From Candidatus Latescibacterota bacterium (lineage in GTDB: Bacteria > Latescibacterota > UBA2968 > UBA8231): 64,000 bases of DNA. The position numbers and the translations under genes are program-made. Numbering within the stretch: the first letter of the stretch is position 1; each line of letters opens with the position of its first letter. The notes beneath the pieces were generated by a model. The model did no database searches. It saw only the letters and a list, made by a program, of their open reading frames with translations, and had not been told where the DNA came from. Below are positions 48,498 to 58,391 of this stretch, in pieces. The stretch lies in contig OZ242214.1 of assembly GCA_965206595.1 (NCBI GenBank), forward strand, positions 5,312,001 to 5,376,000, given 5' to 3'.

Positions 48498-50462
48498 TCA
48501 GGTGGCGCTCGCCGCCTCCGCCGGTTCCGGGTTGAGCAGCGTCGCTATGTGCACCGCCTGGAACAGGGTCGCCGGCTCCAGCTGTGTCCGCAGGGCCCGC
48601 TTCCTCGGCAGCAGCGTCGTTTCCCCCAGCATCGGAGGCGACACCACGACCTCGACCCGGCCGGGGTTGATGTCGTGGTTGCCCCGCGGGCACTTGGGCC
48701 AGACCTGGTGAATGCCGCGAAACGCCATCGGCACGATCACCGTGTCCTGCGGCAGGTAGGCGAACAGGGCGTGTTGCATCGGCAGGATCTGCAGCGCGAA
48801 GGCGGCCACCGTCCCGGCTCCGTATACCACTCCCGCCCGCTGCTCCAGCAGCTCGGCGAAGCGCTGCGTCGGGTTGCCGGTGTCCCTGCTGCGGCGCAGG
48901 ATGACGTAGCCGTCCACTTCTTCGCTCAAGGTGTCGATGCGGTCCGGGTCGATGCCGATCAGCGAAAACTCCCTTCCCCCGATCCGGACCGCGGTGGCGT
49001 CGAGCAGCCGCTCCCGCGACAGGATGGTGCACGGCCGCGGCCTTTCCCATCCCATTGCCCGGCACAGCTGCGGCGACTGCAGGACGCAGTACATCACCGG
49101 GTGGTCGAGCAGGCTGAGATGGGTCGGCAGGAAGGCGACCTTGCGAGCCCCCGGCTCTCCCAGCCGCAACTCGCGGGCAATCTCCTCGAACAGAGGGTCG
49201 ACGATCACATCCAGTTCGATGCCGAACAGGTCGAGCACCTTGTCGCCCATGTCGAGCATGCTCTTCCACGCCTCCTCGATACGCACCTGCTCCGGGATCT
49301 CGGGGCGCCAGAGCTTCATCTTTATCCTGCGTGTCTTGCGGAAGAGTCGCAGCCATGCCAGCAGCCGCGCGCGGCGTTTCCAGGAGGAGATCGTCTGCTT
49401 CTTTCCGACGCCGGGGTGCTCGAGAAAACGTCCTGCCTTGCCGTCGTGGAAAAACAGGGGAACCTCCACCGGGGGAATTTCGTCCCCGCCGCGGGCGCGC
49501 TTGAGCAGGGCGTTCGCCTTGGGAATCAGGGCGGTTACCAGGTCGATCATGTCCCGCGTGAGATAGCTGTACTGCTGGCCGTACCAGTATTCGCGCGGCC
49601 GGATTTGGGCCGGGTCCTCGAGGTGGGCATTGAGGAACTTCAGCAGCATCCCCTGCGCCAGGCGCACGTGCAGTTCGAGCTTCTCCAGCCAGCGGCGCCG
49701 GACCTTGCCCCGCAGCTTCGAGACGAGCAGGTCGAGGTCGGTGACCGCCTTCCAAATAGAGATCCCGAACCAGATGAAGTTGCTGAAGGTGTTGAAGCGG
49801 ACGGCGAGGTGCTCGCCGGCAGCGAGCATGCCGACCACGGCTTCGGCAATGCCGGTGAGAAGGTCGCGCAGCGTCGCCGTACGCCGTTCCCCCGAGGCGG
49901 TGGTGCAGGAGTACTCCTCCGCCCAGCGGGGATCGTCGGGGTCGGCGTTGCGGTGCACTCTTTCCGCGACCGAGCTCGCCAGCGCCAGGGGCGCGCGGGC
50001 GACGCGGAACTCGACGAGAGCGGCCTCTCCCTCGTCGAGGGGTACCGGGTCTTCGCGGCGCAGGGCTTCGAGGTAGACGGTCTGGTAGAGTTGCAGTAAG
50101 TCGCGCTCGTCCCCCGCGCCCCGTTCCCGGAACTGGTCCTGAATCTGGGCGAAGAGGCGGTTGCTTTCGTGGTAGGCGGGAAGCCTTTCGCTGTAGCGTT
50201 CGTACGCTTCCCCGAGGCGGCTGTCGCGGCGGGAGGGCGTGCCGTCGTAGATCTCGGCGATGAGAACTGCCCGCCTGGCGAGGGCTTCGGTGCCGGGCAC
50301 CTGCCCCGGACCTGGACTGCAGGGCCAGGCGACCTCTTCGGGATTCCAGCCGGCGAAGTGCCCGTCGGCGCGGGCAACGCGCAGAAGCTCCTGCGCGGCT
50401 TCGTCGTACCTGGAGAGGATCTTCTCGAGATTTTCGCTGACCTGGGCGAGGGCTTCCTTCAC
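48498..50462 (-). CDS. Large protein with C-terminal PlsC-like acyltransferase domain
   Basis: PTHLSLLD (HxxxxD), YGAGT, IVPMAFRG; N-terminal ~400 aa unassigned. Confidence 0.65.
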   Translation of the reverse strand: MKEALAQVSENLEKILSRYDEAAQELLRVARADGHFAGWNPEEVAWPCSPGPGQVPGTEALARRAVLIAEIYDGTPSRRDSRLGEAYERYSERLPAYHESNRLFAQIQDQFRERGAGDERDLLQLYQTVYLEALRREDPVPLDEGEAALVEFRVARAPLALASSVAERVHRNADPDDPRWAEEYSCTTASGERRTATLRDLLTGIAEAVVGMLAAGEHLAVRFNTFSNFIWFGISIWKAVTDLDLLVSKLRGKVRRRWLEKLELHVRLAQGMLLKFLNAHLEDPAQIRPREYWYGQQYSYLTRDMIDLVTALIPKANALLKRARGGDEIPPVEVPLFFHDGKAGRFLEHPGVGKKQTISSWKRRARLLAWLRLFRKTRRIKMKLWRPEIPEQVRIEEAWKSMLDMGDKVLDLFGIELDVIVDPLFEEIARELRLGEPGARKVAFLPTHLSLLDHPVMYCVLQSPQLCRAMGWERPRPCTILSRERLLDATAVRIGGREFSLIGIDPDRIDTLSEEVDGYVILRRSRDTGNPTQRFAELLEQRAGVVYGAGTVAAFALQILPMQHALFAYLPQDTVIVPMAFRGIHQVWPKCPRGNHDINPGRVEVVVSPPMLGETTLLPRKRALRTQLEPATLFQAVHIATLLNPEPAEAASAT

Positions 50463-50529
50463 GCCGCCAAGATAAGCCAGGGCCGTACGGGGCTACAAAT
50501 GCCAACTTGTCGCGGAGTGGGTCCCGGAA

Positions 50530-51609
50530 TCAGGGCTTGAGGGCGCGAATGACGCGGGTGCCGTCCGTGAGCTCGCGCAGCTCGGGATCGGCACAGCCGG
50601 CCTGGCGCAGCCAGTCGCCGTGCTCTTCCTGGGTGAACGAGCGTCCCTCCTCGTAGATGTTGAGGAAGACGAGGTTGAACAGCGCTCCTTTGGCAGGTGT
50701 CGTACGGCTGTCGTCGAGGATGCCGGCGCCGATGACGTAGAGGGCGCCTCCCGAGCGCAGGAGCCCGGCAGCGCGGCCGACGACCCGGGACGCCTGCCCG
50801 GGGTCCAACACCTGCAGGAAGGAGACCATCAGCACCGCGTCGAAGGAGCCGGGGGCCAGTCGGGAGCGGTCGGGTTCCGGCATCGCCACCCGGCCGGCAG
50901 TGAGGTCGGAGGCGACGATTTCGATTCTCTCCGCGGCCGGGGATTGCGAGACGAAGTCTCTGGTCACCTCCGCGACGAGGGGCAACTCCACCGCGGTTGC
51001 GCGGAGTTCGGGCAGTTCCTCGGCGAGGCCGATGAGGAGACCTCCCGAACCGCTGCCGATATCGGCTACGCGGCGGCAGCGTCCGAGCCATCCGCTGCCC
51101 GCCAGCTCGCGTCCTCGCTGGAGAGCAGCGGAATGCAGTCCCCCGAGAAAGGTGGTCAGCTCCTCTCGGGGCATGGCGGCGAAATTCTTCTCTGCAAGCG
51201 GCCTGCCTGCCCGGATCGAATCCGCGGTTTTGAGGGCGGCGTCCCAGAGGATGGCGAGCAGCTCCTGGTGGCCGGCGAGGTACCCCGCTTTTCCCGGCAC
51301 GAGGAAGCGGCTGGCCTCGGCGCTGTTGCGGAAGCGCGGCTCATCCTCGTCCGGCGTCCCGGGCGCGGCCGGTTTTTCGATGGCGAGCAACTCGACCGCG
51401 GCCAAGGCGTACAACAGCTGGTCCAGGCGCCGGCGGTCGGCGCCGAGGCGATCGGCCAGTTCGGCCGCGGTGGCAGGACCGTTTTCCAGCAGTGCGAAAA
51501 GGTCGAGCCGCAACCCCGCCAGCAGGGCAAAGGAGGGCAGGATTTCAAGCAGCTTCTCCAGCCGTTCCCTACCGGTTGCGTCCGTGGTCACGTGTTGGTA
51601 TCCGGACAT
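50530..51609 (-). CDS. SAM-dependent O-methyltransferase with dimerisation domain
   Basis: LDLF..L..GP.TA.ELA, ADIGSGSG, C-terminal EGRSFT..E...WL..AG. Confidence 0.92.
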   Translation of the reverse strand: MSGYQHVTTDATGRERLEKLLEILPSFALLAGLRLDLFALLENGPATAAELADRLGADRRRLDQLLYALAAVELLAIEKPAAPGTPDEDEPRFRNSAEASRFLVPGKAGYLAGHQELLAILWDAALKTADSIRAGRPLAEKNFAAMPREELTTFLGGLHSAALQRGRELAGSGWLGRCRRVADIGSGSGGLLIGLAEELPELRATAVELPLVAEVTRDFVSQSPAAERIEIVASDLTAGRVAMPEPDRSRLAPGSFDAVLMVSFLQVLDPGQASRVVGRAAGLLRSGGALYVIGAGILDDSRTTPAKGALFNLVFLNIYEEGRSFTQEEHGDWLRQAGCADPELRELTDGTRVIRALKP

Positions 51610-52118
51610 GGGATCGAGTGGTTTTTCCCGGTTAACCCGGAGTGAGGAGCGGCTGTCATTCCGCGGTGAATTGGCAATACCCGTTAGCCGGCGGCCTCCG
51701 GGTCGATGCCGCCGCGGGATTTCCGCTGAAGGCCCCCTTTCCGGCAAGAAGGCCGGGGATTGTGAACGGAGCAGGGAAAATGGAAAACTGCTTTTCGGGC
51801 AGGTCGCGGCTCCGGGCGAGTTTCGCGGATTCATGGGAAAGGTGCCGGCAATTTTGTCAAAAGGTCAATCGGCAGGCTGCTATCGCTGCAGCGATAGCCC
51901 GCCTCCGGGGCCGCGGTGGATGGCAAGCGTCAGGGACAGGGCAAGCATCCACCAGAACAGCCGCTGAATTGCAGCCGCCGAGGCGCTCCACATTCGCAAT
52001 CTGTGAATCATCGCAATCCTTTCATCGCAAGGTCGGGTGGTCGGAGACGATTGGATCCGTCTCCGCGGCAGGTTTCACGCCTTTCACGGGACCTTTGCCT
52101 CGACCATCGTCGCGCCGC

Positions 52119-52208
52119 TCAGGTGAGGAACGGAGCGGCGATGAAAACGAAGAGGCTGACGAGTCCGTACATCAGGCCTTGGTTCAACAGTTCGCGTCGG
52201 ATGGGCAT
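52119..52208 (-). CDS. Putative 29-aa small membrane protein MPIRRELLNQGLMYGLVSLFVFIAAPFLT
   Basis: SD-like GAAAGGAGG immediately before the ATG; basic N-terminus plus a single hydrophobic helix. Confidence 0.5.
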   Translation of the reverse strand: MPIRRELLNQGLMYGLVSLFVFIAAPFLT

Positions 52209-52287
52209 GCCTCCTTTCGAGTGTAGCTTCTTTCGATTCCGGAATCCGTATCCCCTGCAGCCTCCCGCGCCTGCCGGTGCCGGCACG

Positions 52288-52320
52288 AAAAAACCGCAGA
52301 CACTCCAGGTGTCTGCGGTT
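52288..52320 (-). terminator. Rho-independent terminator
   Basis: Perfect 12-bp stem AACCGCAGACAC/GTGTCTGCGGTT with a 5-nt loop and a U6 tail on the minus strand. Confidence 0.85.
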
Positions 52321-52530
52321 CGTCCCGCCGGACAGGGACCCATGAGGGGCCGGTCCGGTCATTTGCAGGGGCGTCGGCTCCGCCGGGCCGCACTCGCACA
52401 CACCTTCAAGTTTTCTCGAAGGAGAACTGGGCTGAGTGCGATCGGCAGCGTTCTTATCTCAGCTCGTTCCTTCGGTTGTCAACAGATGAGCCATGCGTTC
52501 CTCGAGTCTTATGCATGGTGAACAGTTGCA
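52288..52530 (-). ncRNA. Candidate sigma54-dependent sRNA / leader RNA (~240 nt)
   Basis: Bounded by a sigma54 consensus and an intrinsic terminator; contains only an 11-aa uORF with an SD (52459-52494). Confidence 0.5.
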
Positions 52531-52540
52531 CCAACCAAGT

Positions 52541-52557
52541 TGCAACATTTGTGCCAG
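52541..52557 (-). promoter_or_regulatory. Sigma54 (-24/-12) promoter
   Basis: CTGGCAC-AAATG-TTGCA matches TGGCAC-N5-TTGCW exactly. Confidence 0.75.
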
Positions 52558-52633
52558 TTGCCGAACGCAGGGCGTAACTCCCTGCGGCGAAAGCGGAGGG
52601 CTCGTTCAGCGTTACGCCGGGCTGGTGCAACGG

Positions 52634-52678
52634 GGCAATTCCTGCAGCAATTGCACGGGACGCGCTGCAACAATTGCC
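52634..52678. promoter_or_regulatory. Inverted repeat, candidate enhancer (bEBP) site
   Basis: GGCAATTCCTGCAGC-15nt-GCTGCAACAATTGCC (13/15 complementary), ~80-120 bp upstream of the sigma54 site. Confidence 0.45.
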
Positions 52679-52887
52679 TCGCTGCGGCCAAGTCCTCGGG
52701 ACCGGCTGCAAAGTGACCGGGCGCCGCGGACGGTCGCTTGCTTGCGGTTATGTGCTGCCCGTGTCGGCAAGGATCCCGTGAGGTCACGTTTCTGCCGCTA
52801 TCGCGAGAGTTTTATCTTTGGCCCCTTTAAAGGCGGCGGATTGCCGCCGATGAAATGCAGAAAAAAAACCGAAACGGAGGTGAGTTG

Positions 52888-53934
52888 TTGGAAAAACGCA
52901 GCTTCGTCAGCGACAACAACGCCGGCATTCACCCGGAGGTGCTGCAGGCGATGATCGACGCCAATGTCGGTCACGAGGTGGGGTACGGTGAGGATCCGTA
53001 CACGGAAAGGGCGGTACATGCCTTTCGCGACCACTTCGGGGAGGAGACCGAGGTGTTTCTCGTATTCAACGGAACCGCGGCAAACGTCGTCAGCGCCGGC
53101 GGGGTCTGCACCCCGTACCAGGCGCTGATTTGCGGCGACTGCTCGCATATCCACGTCTCCGAAAGCGGCGCCGTCGAGCGCTTTGTCGGATGCCGGGTTT
53201 ATCCCGCCCCCACCGTCGACGGCAAGTTGACGGTCGCCGCTATTGAGCCGCTGACCCGCGAAGAAATTCCCGGACACAGCAGCCAGCCGCGTCTGCTGTC
53301 GATCACGCAGGCGACGGAGATGGGCACGGTATACACCGTTGAGGAGACGCGGGCGCTCGCGGACTTCGTCCACGAACGGGGGATGCTGCTGCATCTCGAC
53401 GGGGCGCGTCTCGCCAATGCTGCGGCAGCCCTGGGATTGTCCTTGCGCGCGGTTACCCGGGACGCCGGGGCCGACATCGTCAGCTTCGGAGGCACCAAGA
53501 ACGGCATGATGATCGGGGAGGCGGTGCTGTTCTTCGATGCCGGACTGGCGCGAGACTTCGGGTACGTGCGCAAGCAGGGTCTGCAGCTGGCGTCGAAGAT
53601 GCGGTTCATCGGCGCCCAGTTCGAAGCGGTGCTGCGCGGGGATCTGTGGCGCCGCACCGCCGAGCACGCAAACCGGATGGCCCGGCTGCTGGCCGAAAGG
53701 GTCCGCAACGTGCCGAACTTGAAAATCCTCTATCCCGCCGAGAGCAACGGCGTATTCGCCGAAATCCCCACCCCCTGTGTCGCCGAGTTGCAAAAGGAGT
53801 TCTACTTCATCGGCTTCGACCTCAGCGGTCCCACCTGTCAGGTGCGCTGGATGGCTTCTTTCGACACGACCGAGGAGGACGTCGAGCGGTTTGCCGCCCT
53901 GGTCGACAGAATCGTCGGCGGTTACGCTGGCTGA
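52888..53934 (+). CDS. ltaE: Low-specificity L-threonine aldolase
   Basis: SFVSDN, NGTAAN, SHIHVSE, HLDGARLANA, SFGGTKNG; TTG start after GGAGG. Confidence 0.93.
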   Translation: MEKRSFVSDNNAGIHPEVLQAMIDANVGHEVGYGEDPYTERAVHAFRDHFGEETEVFLVFNGTAANVVSAGGVCTPYQALICGDCSHIHVSESGAVERFVGCRVYPAPTVDGKLTVAAIEPLTREEIPGHSSQPRLLSITQATEMGTVYTVEETRALADFVHERGMLLHLDGARLANAAAALGLSLRAVTRDAGADIVSFGGTKNGMMIGEAVLFFDAGLARDFGYVRKQGLQLASKMRFIGAQFEAVLRGDLWRRTAEHANRMARLLAERVRNVPNLKILYPAESNGVFAEIPTPCVAELQKEFYFIGFDLSGPTCQVRWMASFDTTEEDVERFAALVDRIVGGYAG

Positions 53935-54085
53935 GGTTGAGCCAGGGCGGAGCTGTCGGAGCCAGATGTCGCCAAGGGTTGAAGCGGGGCGGATCCCACT
54001 GACAGCCGCCCCGCGAGCGGGCCCTGTTGGAAGAGTCGGATTGACGGCCCCCCGGGGGCACGGCCCCGGAACCGGCCAGGGCAGC

Positions 54086-55114
54086 TCAGAAGCTGAGAAC
54101 CATCGTCCAGAACGGCGACTTCCCGACCTCGATATCGTCTCCGAACGGCTCCAGGCGGCCGGACTGCTGGTCGACGCGGAAGCAGCGCATCTGGTTGGCC
54201 GCCTCGCCGGTGCAGTAACAGAAGCGGCCGCCGGGATCGATGTTGAAGGAACGCGGGCTCGAGGGCACGGGGTAATGGCCGAAGGGGGACAGCCGGCCGT
54301 CTCCGCCGATCTCGAATCCGACGATGGAATCGCCGGGGCCGCGGTTGGAAGCGTAGAGCCACCTGCCGTTTGGGTGGACTTCGACGTGGGCGCAGTGACT
54401 GGTCTCGGAGTAACCGTCCGGCAGGGTCGAGACAGTCTGGAAAATCTCCAGCGTTCCGCAATCGGCGTCGTAGCGGTGAGCGGTGACGCTGTTCCCCTGC
54501 TCGTTGACGGTGTAGACGACGTCGCCCCCGGGACCGAAGCACATGTGGCGTGGTCCGGTGTTGTCGTCGGACGGTGTCACTTCGGTCGGGTCGTTCGCCC
54601 GTAGCTGTCCCGAGCTGCTGTCGAAGCGGAACTGGGAGGTCTTGTTGTTGGGACAGACGTGGGGGATGAATACGAACCGCTCCGTCGGATCGATCAGCAC
54701 GGCGTGGGCTTTCTCCCCGGTGTCGACGCGCTGTACCAGGTCCCCGATGGAGCCGTCGTCTGCAACCGCGTGAACGGTCACTCCGCCTCCGGTGTAGTAC
54801 CCGGCGATCAGGAAACGGCCGCCTCCGCAGGGGACCGCAAGAGCGGGGGTGGCGTGGCCTGTCGCCACCTTGTTGATGTGCTCCAGGGCGCCGGTCGTCC
54901 TGTCCAGGCGGTAGCTCGACAGCTCCGTCGAACCGACGTGGGCACCGAATACACGGTCACCGGAGGGCCCCAGGGTCAGGGCGCCGATCGGTCCATGCGC
55001 GGGGCTGACCCCGGCAAGCTCCAGGGCACCGCTGTTGGCGTCCATCGAATACGTTCTGATCTCTTCGTCGCCGGTGAGAGCGACAAATACGAAAAACCGC
55101 GATGCGTCCGTCAT
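54086..55114 (-). CDS. Lactonase family (6-phosphogluconolactonase-like beta-propeller)
   Basis: KAHAV, GPRHM, YTVNE, LYASNRG, PRSFNIDP. Confidence 0.93.
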   Translation of the reverse strand: MTDASRFFVFVALTGDEEIRTYSMDANSGALELAGVSPAHGPIGALTLGPSGDRVFGAHVGSTELSSYRLDRTTGALEHINKVATGHATPALAVPCGGGRFLIAGYYTGGGVTVHAVADDGSIGDLVQRVDTGEKAHAVLIDPTERFVFIPHVCPNNKTSQFRFDSSSGQLRANDPTEVTPSDDNTGPRHMCFGPGGDVVYTVNEQGNSVTAHRYDADCGTLEIFQTVSTLPDGYSETSHCAHVEVHPNGRWLYASNRGPGDSIVGFEIGGDGRLSPFGHYPVPSSPRSFNIDPGGRFCYCTGEAANQMRCFRVDQQSGRLEPFGDDIEVGKSPFWTMVLSF

Positions 55115-55196
55115 TTCCTTGCTCTTCGGTGGCGGTTGGACTGTTCCGGACCAGCGCCGGGTGCTCGGAGGAAAAGTATGGAGATCCGGCGGGCTC

Positions 55197-56723
55197 TCAA
55201 ACCGCGCGATCGAGGGTGCGGTACTGTATCGCCTCGGAAATGTGCTGTTCCGAGATGTCGTCGGCGCGGTCGAGATCGGCGATCGTCCGGCCGACTTTGA
55301 GAATGCGGTCGTAGGCGCGCGCGGAGAGTCCCAGGGTTTCGATCGCCCTCCCGAGCAGCTTCTCGCCGCCGCATGTGAGATGACAGTAGCGGCGAATGTC
55401 CCTGGCCTCCATGTGGCCGTTGCAGAAGAGGTCCTCACGCCCTTCGAAGCGGCCCCGCTGTATACGGCGCGCCTCTTCGACGTGCCGGCGGAATTCAGAC
55501 GACGGGGCGCGCTCGGAGCGGGACGCGAGGTCGCGGTACTCGACACCCGGTACGTCGATGTGGATGTCGATGCGGTCGAGGAGCGGTCCGGAGATCCGGG
55601 CGCGGTAGCGCTCGATCAGCAGCGGCGTGCAGGTGCAATCTCGCCGCGGGTCGAAAAGAAAGCCGCACGGACAGGGGTTCATGGCGGCGATCAGCATGAA
55701 ACGGGCGGGAAAGGACAGGGTCACCGAAGCGCGGCCGATGGTGATGCGGTGATCTTCCAAGGGTTGCCGCAGGGCCTCGATCACGTGCCTCTGGAACTCC
55801 GGCAGCTCATCGAGGAAGAGCACGCCGTGATGGGCAAGGGACACCTCGCCAGGGCGCGGATGCGAGCCGCCGCCGATCAGTCCGGCGTTGGAGATGGTGT
55901 GATGCGGTGCCCGGAACGGGCGCGACGCAACGACAGCTTCGCCGGGCGCCAGGGCCCCGGCCACCGAGTGAATCTTGGTCGTCGCCAGCGCTTCTTCGAG
56001 CGACATCGCGGCGAGGATCGACGGCACCCGGCGGGCGAGCATGGTCTTGCCCGAACCGGGCGGTCCGATCATCAGGATGTTGTGGGACCCTGCGGCGGCG
56101 ACCTCGAGGGCGCGCTTGGCGTGCTGCTGGCCGCCGACGTCGGCGAAGTCGAAATCGGCGCGGGTGCCTTGGGGGAGCATCTGTGAGGGGTCGAAGTCGT
56201 GGGGCGCCAGGCGCACGCTGCCTTCGAGAATCTCCACCGCCTCGCGCAGGGTGCTGGCGCCGTAGACGAGGGGTCCGCCGGCGAGCGCTGCCTCGCGGGC
56301 GTTCTGCCGGGGCACGATCATGCCGTAGACCTCCGGGTCCATGTCGGTGGCCACGGAGAGCGCACCGGTGACCGGGCGCAGACTGGCGTCGAGAGAGAGT
56401 TCCCCCAACAGCACGAAATCGCTCAGGCGGCTGGTATCGACCTGGCCGGAGGCCACGAGGATGCCTACGGCGATCGGCAGGTCGAAGGAAGAACCCTCCT
56501 TGCGAATTCCGGCCGGGGCGAGATTCACGGTGACGCGCCGCCGCGGCCACTCGAATCCCGCATTGCGGATCGCCGCCATGACCCGCTCGCGGCTTTCGCG
56601 CACCGCGCTGTCGGGAAGGCCGACGACACAGAAGGTCGGAAGGTGGCGGTCGGTGTCGACCTCGACGTGGACGAGATAGGCGTCGATACCGAGGGTGGCG
56701 GCGCTTAGCACGGTGGCCGGCAT
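55197..56723 (-). CDS. comM: ComM/YifB Mg-chelatase-like AAA+ ATPase
   Basis: VGLPDSAVRESRERV, GPPGSGKTMLA, PFRAPHH, GVLFLDE, AAMNPCPCG, ISGPLLDRID. Confidence 0.96.
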   Translation of the reverse strand: MPATVLSAATLGIDAYLVHVEVDTDRHLPTFCVVGLPDSAVRESRERVMAAIRNAGFEWPRRRVTVNLAPAGIRKEGSSFDLPIAVGILVASGQVDTSRLSDFVLLGELSLDASLRPVTGALSVATDMDPEVYGMIVPRQNAREAALAGGPLVYGASTLREAVEILEGSVRLAPHDFDPSQMLPQGTRADFDFADVGGQQHAKRALEVAAAGSHNILMIGPPGSGKTMLARRVPSILAAMSLEEALATTKIHSVAGALAPGEAVVASRPFRAPHHTISNAGLIGGGSHPRPGEVSLAHHGVLFLDELPEFQRHVIEALRQPLEDHRITIGRASVTLSFPARFMLIAAMNPCPCGFLFDPRRDCTCTPLLIERYRARISGPLLDRIDIHIDVPGVEYRDLASRSERAPSSEFRRHVEEARRIQRGRFEGREDLFCNGHMEARDIRRYCHLTCGGEKLLGRAIETLGLSARAYDRILKVGRTIADLDRADDISEQHISEAIQYRTLDRAV

Positions 56724-57099
56724 GAGGACGGGGCCGCAAATCACATGCCCGCGGAGCCACCCCGGAAAACGGGCCGGCGCCGCGTCGCGTTGTATCCTGT
56801 GGGTTACAGTCTGTACCCCGGGGGAGCCGGGATCCCCGGGAAGCCTCCCCGAATTTCGGAAACCCCATTACTCCGCAGCTGGTTTTCCAGACAGGTGCGC
56901 CTGACGCTCCGGCATCCCGTCGTGCCATGTCGCCCCGGGATTTTGCCCGTTGCCGGAATGGCGCCGAGCTACAGGGCTGCTTGAGACAGGGGGAAAGGTT
57001 GCGCAATATTCTGAATCCAAAAGGCAATGTGCACCTGCGAGCGCCAAAAATGCTCGACTCCATCTGCCAATCCCGCATCCCGGACGCATCGGAAAACAA

Positions 57100-57837
57100 T
57101 TGTCCAGCGAAAACGAGCAGCTCGACACCCTCGAACGCGATGGTTTCGTTCACGTTCACAGAGCTCTCACGGCAACGGAGACCGAGGGGGTAAGGAAGCG
57201 GATCGACCACGCCCGCGAGATGGGATGGGAAGAGGGCCTCAACGAGGTCGGCAACATGTGGTTCGACTCGCTTCTCCAACGCGAACCTGACCATTTCCAG
57301 TTCCTGGTTGCCCACCCGAGCGTGGCCCCCCTTCTCGAGGGCATGATGGGCAGGCAGTGTCAGCTGCGCAGCCTGCGCTGCCACATCAATCCCGGGCCCT
57401 ACCTGCAGGAGTGGCACATGGACTTCTACGGGTACTGGGAGGAAAGGCGGCGTGTCGGCCAGCACCGTCTCGCCGTGCAGCCCGCCGGGGTCAATACGAC
57501 GTTCTACCTGCAGGACAACAACCCCGGGGACGGCCACCTGAAGTTCATCAAGGGCGGCCACCTCGTGGAGCCGCCGCATCTGTGCCCGCTGGACCGCCCC
57601 CGGTTCGAGGAGTGGTGCGAAGCGCAGGACCACGTAGTTCTCCACCCAATGGCGGGAGACGCCGTCGTGTTCCTGAGCCACATCCCACACCAGGGAGCCA
57701 AGGAGAGGGACGACATGGAGCGAAGCAACGTCGTCTGCCACTACCATGTCGCGCCGATGTACGCCGGCATCTGGCACGTGTCGCGGCCACCCGGAGAATC
57801 GGCGGCCACCTTTCCCTTCGCGGCAGCCGGCTCATGA
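57100..57837 (+). CDS. Phytanoyl-CoA dioxygenase (PhyH) family
   Basis: LERDGFV, WHMD, AGDAVVF..HIPHQG, R. TTG start inferred. Confidence 0.85.
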   Translation: MSSENEQLDTLERDGFVHVHRALTATETEGVRKRIDHAREMGWEEGLNEVGNMWFDSLLQREPDHFQFLVAHPSVAPLLEGMMGRQCQLRSLRCHINPGPYLQEWHMDFYGYWEERRRVGQHRLAVQPAGVNTTFYLQDNNPGDGHLKFIKGGHLVEPPHLCPLDRPRFEEWCEAQDHVVLHPMAGDAVVFLSHIPHQGAKERDDMERSNVVCHYHVAPMYAGIWHVSRPPGESAATFPFAAAGS

Positions 57838-58328
57838 AACGGGTTCGGTGCAAATGGTTTGCCCAGCTGGGGGCGCTCTTCCTTGTCGCCAACTGCGGCA
57901 CCAACCCCGAAACGGCTCCTGGCAATGCATCAGGAGCCATGGAACAGGACAAGTTCGCCGGCTTGGAGGGCGTTCTCCTGTATTACCTCAAGGCCCAGGA
58001 GGCCCTGGCCAACGACCGCTTCGAGCCGGCAAAGAAGGCCCTGGAGACGCTGCAGGCGCACATGGATCCGGAGCATGCCGGGCGGTTCGGTGCTGTTGCC
58101 GACATCGAGGCGCTGCGCGCCGAGTTTCTGCCGCTGTCGAACGCCTTGCTCGACAGCGAGCTCCCGGAGGGCTACCGCGTCGCCCACTGTCCGATGGCCT
58201 TCGACTACGAGGGGGCGTACTGGATTCAGAAGGATGGGGAGATCGCAAATCCCTATTACGGTTCGGGGATGCTGCACTGCGGTGTGTTCGTGGAACTCGA
58301 AGCGAAGCCCGAAGATTCCGGCAACTGA
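57834..58328 (+). CDS. DUF3347-type lipoprotein (metal-binding, CusB-associated family)
   Basis: Lipobox LVANC; Y.....AL..D; HCPMA...GAYWIQ.....NPYYG..MLHCG. Confidence 0.85.
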   Translation: MKRVRCKWFAQLGALFLVANCGTNPETAPGNASGAMEQDKFAGLEGVLLYYLKAQEALANDRFEPAKKALETLQAHMDPEHAGRFGAVADIEALRAEFLPLSNALLDSELPEGYRVAHCPMAFDYEGAYWIQKDGEIANPYYGSGMLHCGVFVELEAKPEDSGN

Positions 58329-58391
58329 ACGATCCCCCTCGCCGCTATGCCGGAGTCAGCTGCCCTGCACCCACTTTCCCAGGGAAACCAG

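Noticed and set aside
55807-57777. 656-aa minus-strand ORF
   Set aside because: Off-frame overlap with comM and antisense to PhyH; no coherent domain.
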